NCBI GenBank assembly: GCA_964016885.1
Contig: OZ024741.1
Span: forward strand, 120,218,001-120,282,000
Length of the DNA: 64,000 nucleotides
Direction of reading: 5' to 3'
From: Eledone cirrhosa
Taxonomy: Eukaryota
The translations under genes were made by a program, and so were the position numbers. The notes below the pieces were generated by a model that did not search any database, was not told the origin of the DNA, and worked only from the letters and a program-made list of their open reading frames with translations. The stretch's first letter is position 1, and each line of letters begins with the position of its first letter. Of this stretch, positions 23,071 through 34,347 are shown in pieces.

Positions 23071-25250
23071 ACAATATAAACAGTCTTATAAATAGATAGA
23101 TTCGACATACCTTTCAACTTCGACTTCTATTTGAAAAGTTGATTTGGTAGTGAAAAAATATTAGGGACAGTTATAAAAAGAAAGAAAGAAAAACGAAGAA
23201 AAAGAAGAAATGCATGCAACTAAATAGAGAGAGATAGATATAGAGAGATAGATAGAGAGAAGAAATTCATGTAAAGAAACAGAGAGAGATATATAGAGAG
23301 TGGAAAAAACACAGAGGGAGATAGATAGAGAGAGAGAGAGAGAGAAGAGAGGAGAGAGAGAGAGAGAGAGAAAATATAGAGAGATAGATATAGATAGAGA
23401 TAGAGAGAAAGAAAATAGGTAGTTGGGCACCAGTTGAATGACGTATCAATGATATATTTATTTATTTATTTATTTATTTAGCTCTAGTATTAATGTAGAG
23501 AGAGATATATGTGGTTAAGAGAGAAAACAGCCGTTACATAGAGAGAAAAGAAAAATATCCAGACATAAACGAGGCAGATTTAAAACACTATGTTTCATCA
23601 ATGTAAAAAAAATATCAATTCGTATAAAACAGGCAATATAATGTAAATATCAGTATTCATGAATGAGACACGTATCAATAATGTGTGAAAAATAATGATC
23701 ATATGTCTAGTTTAAAATTCCTAGGTTTATATTAGAGTTGAGATAAAATAGAAGGTTATCCCAGATTTTATACTATATACATCCATGTGAATTTACGTGA
23801 TCAGCTCTGCAAATTCCTATTTCACACGAAAACATTCTCATTGTGCTATAAAAAATTCTAGTATACATATATGTGTACATACACACAAATATATATAGAG
23901 TCTACATTAATTTTAACAATACTATTCATGTCTTTACTCTACATGATTATCGTTCAAGCATAAATAGAGAACAGATATGAATATATCAATAAAAAATATC
24001 AGAAACAAAAACAAAAAATAAAAAATAAATAAAATAAATAAAAAACAAAAAAATCAAAAAAATCAAAAAAATATTAAAAATAAAAATATTAAAAATATTA
24101 AAAATATTAAAATAAAAATAAAACATAGTATGCCCCGCAAATCAACCACAGAGATCAACCCTTCAAAGTTAATTGACAATATATTGCCAAGTTCGTTATA
24201 AGCATCAGAATCAAAAGCAAACAAAACCAAAAATTATTTACCAAATCCTGTCTAGCAGAAAACATTCCAAAAGTTTAGGATACCCATTTGATCTACAGAT
24301 GGTCTTATATTTAATATAGAAGTTTATCTAGTGTAAAATTTATTCGATATATTTATCGGCGAGTTTCATAAATAATTATAAATCAAATTAAATATACTAC
24401 ATTTTAAATTTATATTTATATTTAAAAGTTGAGTTCAATCTATGTCTGCAGCAACTGAATAAATTTGTCCGTAAATTAAGGGAATTTTTAGATTTTAGTA
24501 TAAAGAATATCTCCTCCGCGCAGAGGTCACATGTCTCAGAGGATGAATTAAAAGGAATCCCTCTTGAGACTATATTCCAAGCCGTTGAATATCCAACGTT
24601 ATCATGCCTAAGTTGCCAGAGTAAGCCTGAAAGTGATGTTGAGGATTTTTTGCTTGGATCTGTGAAAGAATTCTTGTGGTTATTATAGCGAAGTTTAAAT
24701 TCTGTCGAGGTGGAACCAACATAGTTAAAAGAATTTAAGTCCGTTTTAACATTACAGTTGTATATTATATTTTTAACTAAGCAATTGTTATTTAACGGAC
24801 ATTTAGATCTATCTCTACAGTTACATTTGTTAACTTGGATATTATTTATGCTATTATCGGTATTTTGGCTAGGTTTTAAATTCCTATTATTTATTCTATT
24901 AATATTTTGTGCTAAATTTTTAACCTACTCATCCACCAAAAATTTAGCACAAAATATTAATAGTGGTTAGGAGAGAAAACAGCCGTTACATAGAGAGAAA
25001 GAAAAATATCCAGAGATAAACGAGGCAGATTTAAAACATTATGTTTCATCAATGTAAAAATATCAATACTATTTCTTTATCTCTATGTAACGGCTGTTTT
25101 CTCTCCTAACCACATATATCTCTCTCTACCTTAATACTAGAACTAAATAAATAAATAAATAAATAAATCATTGATACGTCATTCAACTGGTGCCCAACTA
25201 CCTATTTTCTTTCTCTCTATCTCTATCTATATCTATCTCTCTCTATTTGT

Positions 25251-25282
<32 letters not shown>

Positions 25283-25541
25283 CTATCTATCTCCCTCTGT
25301 GTTTTTTCTCTCTATATCTATCTCTCTCTGTTTCTTTACATGAATTTCTTCTCTCTATCTATTTCTCTATATCTATCTCTCTCTGTTTAGTTGCATGCAT
25401 TTCTTCTTTTTCTTCGCTTTTTTTCTTTCTTTCTTTTTATAACTGTCCCTAACATTTTTCACTACCAAATCAACTTTTTAAATGGAAGTTGAAGTTGTAA
25501 GGTATGTCAAATCTATCTATTTATAAGACTGTTTATATTGT

Positions 25542-25605
25542 ATTTTGTCTGAAGAAGGCATACCATATTTTTAATATGATATCCCTGAAATATATATAAT
25601 GAAAT
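25542..25605 (+). ncRNA. Minimal hammerhead ribozyme, inverted pLTR copy
   Basis: attttgt CTGAAGA agg..cct GAAA tatata TA atgaaat. Confidence 0.75.
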
Positions 25606-25732
25606 AAATATGGTTTTATAAATATAGTTTCCATTTATTTAATATCGTAAATATACTCCAAATACTTGTTGAGTGCTTTTATATCAGTTATAAATATTTA
25701 CTCGTTGTAACCCAACAATTTAAATAAAACTT

Positions 25733-25784
<52 letters not shown>

Positions 25785-25786
<2 letters not shown>

Positions 25787-28700
25787 CAATGATATTAAAT
25801 AAATGGAAACTATATTTATAAAACCATATTTATTCTATTATATATATATTTCAAGGGTACCAAAACTTTGGTACGCTATCATCAGATAAAATACGAAGTG
25901 TGTTTTATAAATTTTGACATAACGAAGGAAAATATACCTTAACGGTTCAAGTTTTCCTTGGATAGTGGAGGGATAAGAGAAGAAAAGTCAGATATTTCAA
26001 ATTATTAAGATGAGTATGCAAATGAGGTTTATGTAAATGGGCTAAATAAAACGTTATTTTAGACGCTATGGAGAATTTAAATAATTATGATAAGTTTTTG
26101 TATGCGTAGGAAAGAAGTTTTACGTTAATTTGGGGGAAAAAGGTGGAATATGATTCTAGAGTTTAAATTTAAATTTATTTACCTACATTATGAGTTATAA
26201 TATTGTATATATAATCAATTAGATTATATGAAGAATTATGGTTGTAAGTACTTTTATCTTATTATATTACGATAGGTTATATGTATATAAATATCTATAT
26301 AGATTAATAATTGCGTATGTATTAGTATTATAGAGATAGAAATAATTTACAATTATTAGTTGTTTATATATCTAATATGAGTTACGAAGGATTTTGATTT
26401 TGTAATTTACTTTAAAAAAATAGGTGGTTCAAGTTGTGAAAGTAGAACAATTTATGGATTCGAAAATTTTGTTCAACATTGAAAATGTTTTCAGAATATT
26501 GTTAATTTAGCGAAGTTATATAGATTATCAAACATAATATGTTTATGTTTGCACGATTGAGAAAGGAAAGATAACTCCAATTTTGTTTGTTAACCGTTAA
26601 ATTTGATGAGTGAAAATATATAGAAAAAATGATATACTATTTTGTGTGAGATCAATTATTTTAGTCGAAAGATGTGTGAATGTTTGAATAACAAAAACAG
26701 AGGAAAAACGTAATGTGCTTTTCGAAGAACTATCGTAAAGAGGATAAATTTTCAGAATGTCATTTAAAGATTATCAATCTACATCTAAAAAAATATATTT
26801 AGAGGGGTGTCATTAGAAAAATAATGTCAGAATTAAAAATAATGTCAGAATTTAAATAATGTCGGAATTAAAAATATTAAATATATATATTGAAAATATT
26901 AGAAATATTAGAGATATTAAAAATGTTTAAAAATATTAAAAATATTAAAAATATTAAAAATATTAAAAATATTAAAAATATTAAAAAATTTACATTTAAA
27001 TTTTTAAAAAAAGATAGGATCATTTTGAAGGTGTATAGGAATATTATAAATTAAAAATAGTTCTGAACGTGGAATTTTGGCGATGTCTGCAAGAAGAAAA
27101 TAATTCTGTTCTAAGATTAATAGAGTTTTGACAGTTAATTATATAAAAAAATTTCTTCGATACACAATTTACAGAATCTTGATAAAGCCATATTTCGGTA
27201 TGCAGATGCTTTCGAAATCGTTCTCCAAGATATTGAATAGTCTATATTGTTGTCTTTTAAGTTCCAAATTAGATGTGAAAGTGAAGTAGAAGATTTTTTA
27301 TCAGATCTTCTAAATGTATGATTATGGTTATTCCAGCGTTCTTTAAATTTTGTTGAAGTGGCACCAACATAGTTAAACATTTTGTCTCTAGTTTTAACTG
27401 TGCATTTATAAACTACGTTTTTGTCTAAACAATTATTTTGTAAAGGGCAGTTTGATTTGATTCTACAGTTACATTTACTGGAGTTATTGTTGTTCAGAAC
27501 GGTACCATTATTCTAAATATTGTTGTTAGAAATATTATTGCTATTTTGGTTAGTTTGGTTAGGGTTTAAATTTAAGTTTCTATTATTAATTCTATTTATA
27601 TTTTGTGCTGTGTTCATAGTAGTAGAGTAGGATAGTTTTATAGTGTGTCTGTTAAAAATAGAGTGGTATCTGAGGGCTTTAGGAAAACATTTATCTAGTG
27701 CTTTAAAGAATAGCTTTGCTAAAGGTGTTTTAACGCTTAATGAGAATGGGGGAGAGTACCAAATAATATTTCTAGTTCTATTTTTTTTTTTGTTTGGTTT
27801 AGTGTTTAAGTTAAATTGTTTATTATTATTATAATTAATACTAGGATGATTTGTCATGTTATTGTTATCTATGTGTTTAATTCTATTCGAGTATTCTGCT
27901 CTATGTAAAGCTTCATTATAATATTCAGCAGCCTTATCATCAAAAATATCTTTATTAGCGGAGATGCGTGAAATCCGTTGTTGGACGCTATTGACAATAG
28001 TGTTTTTAATACTTCTAGGATGATTAGAATTGAAACTTACATAATTTAGATTTTCGTTAATTTTATGGAAAGGATAGTAAAGACCTGTGCTAAGGTTTAA
28101 GGTTACATCTAAGAAGTTAACGATTTTGTAGTTATTCTCTCTATTTCTAACTTAAGGTTGTAGTTGTTGAAAAATTGTATTATGGATTTTCTTTTCCTAT
28201 TAATTTCACTATTGCTATGGTTTCCAATTAAAAGCAACATATCGTCATGATATAAACCTCCGGTCATCTCTGGCATTTTCCTATGCAGTACATTATTAAT
28301 AAATAACCCAACGAGGTCCGTTAGTTGCGCCGAGTCAGATGATCCCATAGTGATATCAAAATTGTTTTTTTCTGTCGGCTCTTTCAGTGTTTTACGTGCT
28401 GTTAGAATTATATTCATTTCATCACTAGATACGTCTGTATGTTTAGACGCCTTATTAAGTAAACTAGGGATAATAGAGGAGTAGTAATTTGCAATATCCA
28501 TTTGAATAAATCTTTTGTTATGTTTTAATTTTATGTTATTGAACCAATCTATAACTTCATTAGTACCTTTCCATAGTTTAAGGTGTGATTTTTCTTTAAG
28601 TAATGGTATAATTCTATCTAATATATGTTTGCTAATTATGCCTAAGTCCGATTTAGATGGTGCGATGAGTCTGACTGGTAGTTCAATTTCAAAATTTCTT

Positions 28701-29180
28701 TTGTGGTCCTTCAGGTTAATTTTCGGTTTTCTTGGTATAAAGGGTTCAGTCCTATTTTGGATGCCTAATTTATAAATAATTTCAGAAGCTTCTCTATTGA
28801 TGTTATTTTGTAGTTTTTTCCGAGTTCTTTCAATATAAGGTTATTATATTCGTCCTTTTCCATACCATATAAATTATTAGTTTTATCAGATTTTACGAGG
28901 ATCCTCTTAGTTTTTTCTAGATTGTCTATTTTATTCTTGAGGCCTTTAAAGTACTCCTGGCCTATAAATTTTTTTTTTTTTAATTTAATGTTTTGTATAA
29001 TAGATATTACTTCATTTTCAAATTCGGCTAGTAGTTTGTTGCTTGTTGGATTCTTCTTAGATTTGAAGATAAGATCAAAGTTGTAACTGGAATTATTTAT
29101 TTATTTTGTCATCCGATTCTCCTGAATCAGTTATAAAGTTTATATTTGTTGAATTACCAACAAATTGAATATCCCTTCTG

Positions 29181-29182
<2 letters not shown>
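25785..29182 (-). mobile_element. Penelope-like element (RT + GIY-YIG), degraded and 5'-truncated at (TA)n; possibly Naiad-type
   Basis: RT motifs DIANYYSSI, ITMGSSDSAQL, YHDD; linker RNIIWYSPPFS; YVGATSTKFKERWNNH; hammerhead at the 3' end. Confidence 0.85.
25831..25893 (-). ncRNA. Minimal hammerhead ribozyme
   Basis: tattttat CTGATGA tagc gtaccaaag-ttttggtac cctt GAAA tatatata TA atagaata; 8-bp stem I. Confidence 0.82.
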
Positions 29183-29386
<204 letters not shown>

Positions 29387-29506
29387 GGAGCTGAGTTTTA
29401 TTGTAGTACAATAAAGCAATGCAGATATCGGATAAGAAGCACTCTATGTTGATTTAAAACTGCACTATCCACAAGTGTTTTTTAACCTTCATATCATGTC
29501 TTCCTG

Positions 29507-29573
29507 TTTTATCTGATGAAAACACAAATATTATTGCATGATGATATTTGTTTTTGAAATGCGCATAATAAAA
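29507..29573 (+). ncRNA. Minimal hammerhead ribozyme in a solo pLTR fragment (29383-29607)
   Basis: ttttat CTGATGA aaacacaaatat..atatttgttttt GAAA tgcgca TA ataaaa. Confidence 0.82.
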
Positions 29574-29603
29574 TACATGGAACTCTTTTAACCATCTTTT
29601 GTT

Positions 29604-29647
<44 letters not shown>

Positions 29648-29705
29648 TAAGTTATACAAAAGTGAGTTACAAACGAAACGAAATTTAATTTCGTTTCGTT
29701 ATTTG

Positions 29706-29741
<36 letters not shown>

Positions 29742-29744
<3 letters not shown>

Positions 29745-30021
29745 GTACACATTTAAATAAGTTTAAAATATTTTGAAGCCCTACAATTAAAAGTGCCAAG
29801 GTAATAGGAGTTTTAGAGAATAAAAGACTGAGAAAAGAATGAGGACAATAAATATGTTACCTTAGCAATTTTATTGATTTCAAATATGGTTTGTTATATA
29901 ACATTTCTCCCGAATGAAACAGTTCTAGTCCTGTAGAAGCCATTTCTATATCAAATATTTATACTCTGCTATGTATTGAGTACCTTACTTGCTGTGGTTA
30001 CCCCCAATTGAAACTGGGATA

Positions 30022-30092
<71 letters not shown>

Positions 30093-30125
30093 TCTAAAAC
30101 TCCTATTGCCTTGGCACTTTTAATT
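29742..30125. mobile_element. PLE pLTR-like fragment with a flanking inverted repeat
   Basis: 29785-29818 inverted at 30092-30125; 29912-30022 homologous to 58503-58645; hammerhead 3' half GAAAcag..ctgTA. Confidence 0.5.
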
Positions 30126-30343
30126 ATATTGGGTCTCTCTTGAGTGCTACTGGTAACATGTAACCCAGTACAACTTGTCGCATGGTCGGGTTGTCGGCGA
30201 TTAAACTGGCAACTCCGCCAAGTTTACTTGGGGAGGAGGGTGATTTGGGACACCCTACAGGACAAGAAACAAAACCTGACAAAGGGCGGAATAATTTATA
30301 AGAAGCAACGACCATCCAAAAATGTGTAAATATGTATATATAT

Positions 30344-30939
30344 ATTCCTGGGCCCAGAAGGTAAGTCGGTGGTGCTGGACATAACCGGCAGAGAAAGCAA
30401 TGCTTTCAGGCTAGTAGCCGTCTACGCCCCAACTGGGGCAGGACGGCCAGATTTCTTCAGACGTCTAGAGACCTTTCTTGGAACGTCCCGCTCTTTAGTG
30501 TTAATGGGCGACTGGAACGGTATCTTGGATGCACGCTGGGATTGTGTGGGGCTAGTGGATAGGGGAGGAGGGTGCAAGAGCCTCACCAACCTGCTCAGAC
30601 GTTTTGAACTGTCTGACAGGTATCGACTGGATCACCCGAATGTGCCAATGTGGACATGGACAAACCGCATCGGGTCATCCAGATCGTACCTCGATACGGT
30701 ATTCTACAGAGAACTAGATAAGGCTAGTATAAATTGTCCACAATTTAAAATAGTCGACTACACAGACCACAAATTTGTGATCTGTGAGATCGACATAGAC
30801 AGACTTCATAGACAAGGGCCCGGTACTGGAAGCTGAACGCGTCTTTCCCGGCGCGCAAAGCCTACAGAGACCGGATTAGTGTATTAGTTAAGCAGGCTTT
30901 GACGGGAACGGTCGTCAACAACAGGTGGTGGTTCGCCCT
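30344..30939 (+). mobile_element. Tx1 endonuclease fragment fused tail-to-tail with copy 4
   Basis: ORF 30369-30836 matches the ORF2 APE region; junction microhomology gccct. Confidence 0.85.
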
Positions 30940-33900
30940 CTCTGTGATGTATCGCATGAGATGGAGGTTGTCGTGGATGGATCTGTCCGGAATAGCGCAT
31001 GTCTACGCCTCTCCCACCAGATCACCGACGACAAACGCCAATCTCTTTGCTAACACCTTGGCCAAAATTATGGGCCTGAAGTTGTCTATAACGTTCCCCT
31101 TGTTCGGGTATTTTCTCAGCAGCGCCACCGCTCCCCGGCTCACAAAACTGGGAATGCTCCCGTTCTGCTGCCAGTTACAGTAGTCATCTGCCAAGAGGTC
31201 GCCGAACAAGTCTGGCATATACGCATAAATCTCGTAGGGCAGACCATCCAAACCTGGCGATTTACCCCTCGTACAGTCAAACATCGCTTCCCGTATTTCG
31301 CCTACTGTTATCGGCTTTTCGCAGCACTGCGCTACGGTCGTCGAGAGCCGCGGCAGTCCGTCGAGATATGCACCGAAGTCCATACTCCGATCCAGCCCGC
31401 CGCCGCTCCCGAATGATTGAACAAAGTGCTGTTGAAAAGCCGCACACATCTGCTCGGGTTCGAGCAATATGCACCCATTTTGATCAGGCAAAGACCGAAT
31501 TGTGGACTTGTTGCACGTCATGCCTCCACCACCCGGCCCCATTGAACGGCTTTCGTCCCCTCGTGTCTTAGAACACGCGCTCTAAGCATGTTGAGCAGGT
31601 TGTTGAGGCTTTTACACCCTTCTGCCCTGTCTACTAGCCCCACATAATCCCAGCATGCATCTAAGATACCGTTTCAGTCGCCCACTAACACTAAAGACCG
31701 GGGCGTTCCAAGAAAGGTCTCTAGACGTGTGAAGAAATCTAGCCGTCCTGCCCCTGTTGGGGCGTAGACGTCTACTATCGTATCAGCCGAAGATCGGTGC
31801 GAAGGCTCGTGCTTCGGAGATTCTGGTATCTCTGATGGCCATCACATCTATGTTTAGTGACCTGAGGTCGTTGAGCAGGTGACCCTGCTTCCAAGATGAC
31901 CCCAGGCCACGTACATTTATACTGCCGATTCTAAGTACGGCCATGTTGGATGAGAAACGGGGTAAGTGAGAAAGGATCACTTACCTTGATCGTGTGGTGA
32001 AGCGACAGTAGAACCGTCCCTTTGGTTGATCATGGGTGTTTCCAAGAGGATGTCGGTGTATATCCTCTTGGTAACCGACCCTCTGAAGTCTCCAACTGCG
32101 TTGGGGAATTTTTCTTTTGAATGTTCTATTTTGATTTCAATGATGCTTATGTTTTTCGGGAGAGTTCTTGGTGTTGGTGGGGTGTAGTACTTTTTTCTGT
32201 GATGTCTGTGTGCTGCTTTATATGTTGTAGGAGTTCTTTTTTTGCCATGTTTATGCCTGTGTACTTTTGGTGGGGAGGGGCAATTGTGTTGCTGTTTTCT
32301 TGTTGTTGCTGTTGGGTGTGTGTGTTTTGTTGTGTTTGCGATGTTGGTGTTTTTGGTGATGCTGGTGGTGGTGTGGTTGTTATTGGTGGTGATGCTTGTG
32401 GTGGTGATGGTGATGGTGGTGTTGCTGCAAGTCTCCTTGCAGCCTTTACTCATCTTTGTCTGCCTTCACTTATGGAGGGTGGAGCTAAGGGTTTTTTTCT
32501 TTTTTCTTTTTTCTTTTTTCTTTTTTCTTTTTTCTTTTTTCTTTTTTCTTTTTTGTGACAGACCGTTTGCCCCCCCCCCCCCCCCCCCCCCCCCGCCTCA
32601 CACTCCATGTCGGACCCCGCGGCATCTAGGAGGGGCATGAACTCCACTGCTGTTAGTGGTGGTTATGGAGCCCGCTCCGGCGATTTTGCCGCCGGTGTAG
32701 CTACTGCGACTGTTGGTGTTGCCGCCACTGATGCCACTGTTTTAGTTGTCCGTAGCCTTGGTATTGTGCCACGGACGATACCCTCCTATTCACCATGGAA
32801 GGGTCTTCTGCCTCTGTTGCCTGCCCTGCTCTTGGTAGCAGCGGATCCAGCGTCGGAAGGAGGGGGGGGCTCTTCTTGGCTGTGTTCTGCGGGCAGAAGG
32901 CCCTGCCGTGACCCTTCTGTCCACAGAGATAGCACTTTGGGCGCCTTCCCTCCACGCTTATAGGGAGCTGGAGTCCTTCTTCGAGGTCTATATCTGGGAT
33001 GGCCTCGATGCACTCTTGGTCTTCTGTATTAGCATTTGCATGCCTATTCCTGACCAGTCCTCTCTTCCCATTCTCTGTATTTGCAGTATGGTGGTCTTCT
33101 GCTCGATTCCAGCAAGTACAGACGCGGCTAGCCAAGGTATGGGCACGTCGGGTGGGGCATGGGTCACTTTGACCCTCACAATTTTCTGTCCACAGTAGGA
33201 GGGCACCAAGACTCTTTAGGGTTTCCAAAGAGTGAGACTTCGCCTCTTGGAGGGTGGTGAAAAGTACGTCTACTGTGGCGTACTTTTTGCCTCGGTGATG
33301 TGGGTTTTGCGCGCCCAGACGCACCCCAAGGCCTTTTGGATTTGAGCCTCCCTGGCTCTCTCTACTCCATGCGACATTTTGCTTACGATGCGGTAGGTCA
33401 CCGTGTGTAGCTGCTGATCTTTGAAGAAATCGGGTGGAGGTTTCAGGGAAACTCTATTTTCATTCCTTGTTACCATGGCTCTTGCGACTGCCATCTCCTC
33501 CGTGACTAGCACTGTCTCTATATTTCGGACCACACCTGCGAAAGAAGTGTCCCCTTTTTCAGCGGCATCATTATTGCTGCCGCTACTGCTGCTACTGGTC
33601 TTGTTGTTGGTGCTGTTGCTGTTGCTACTGCTACAAACGGTGTTGTTAGTGTTGTTGCTGTTATAACTGTTGTAGTTGGTTGTGTTTTTAGTGCCACCGC
33701 TGTTGTTGTTTTCGGTGCAATTTGTATTGTTGCTGTTGGTGTTGTCTTTGTGTATTTTCTTGTTAGTGGTGTTAATATCGTTGTTGCATTTGTTGTCATT
33801 TTTTCTGTGGTCTGTAATTTGGTTGACGCTGTTATTGTTGTAGTTGGTGTGGTAATTTTTTTTAATTTAGTGTTCTCAGTGTTGTTGTCTTTGTTCAGGT

Positions 33901-34222
33901 TGTTTGTGGTGGTGTTTGTTGTATGAATTTCACTAACCCTCCTCTCAACTTTTACGCCGTTGTCACACGACAGCAGACATATTGCTGGGAGGCCTGGCTC
34001 AGCCATGTTTTTTGTTGTTTATTTAAACTTTGAAAAGTAAAATGTTCAAATATTGTTCAAATATTTGGACCAAAGGGCCCAAATATTATACTTTCAGCTT
34101 CATAGGGCAAAGTTCAAGGGCTGATATCACTTACACCACAAAAAGAATTTAACAACAAATAATTATAACAGGTAAATAAAGCGACTTACTGGGAGCGAGC
34201 AAAAAAGACGTCCGAACAGACC
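30935..34222 (-). mobile_element. Tx1 copy 4: intact 5' end, frameshifted ORF1 (31977-34006), ORF2 with multiple internal deletions and no 3' end
   Basis: 5' end ggtctgttcggacgtc; knuckle CYLCGQKGHGRAFC; ORF2 start at 31944; jumps at ~31780 and ~31587. Confidence 0.88.
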
Positions 34223-34307
34223 AATAATAATAATAATAATAATTGTTTCTACTCATGGCACAAGGCCAGCAATTACCCAGTACATTACTGGTACTTTATG
34301 TTATCGA
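34223..34307 (-). mobile_element. 3' half of a SINE split by Tx1 copy 5
   Basis: Ends at ttatcga, where the 38990-39115 half resumes. Confidence 0.8.
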
Positions 34308-34312
34308 ATATA

Positions 34313-34347
<35 letters not shown>

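Larger units (their letters stand above)
22965..25735 (-). mobile_element. 5'-truncated Penelope-like element with an inverted upstream pLTR
   Basis: GIY-YIG region at ~24420-24920 (CNCRDRSKCPLNNNC..IIYNCNV..YVGSTSTEFKLRYNNH); 22965-23545 is the inverted repeat of 25072-25650. Confidence 0.8.

Noticed and set aside
24420-29182. Selenoprotein-encoding Naiad PLE
   Set aside because: No in-frame TGA at the Cys positions I could read and no SECIS recognised; the clade assignment is itself tentative
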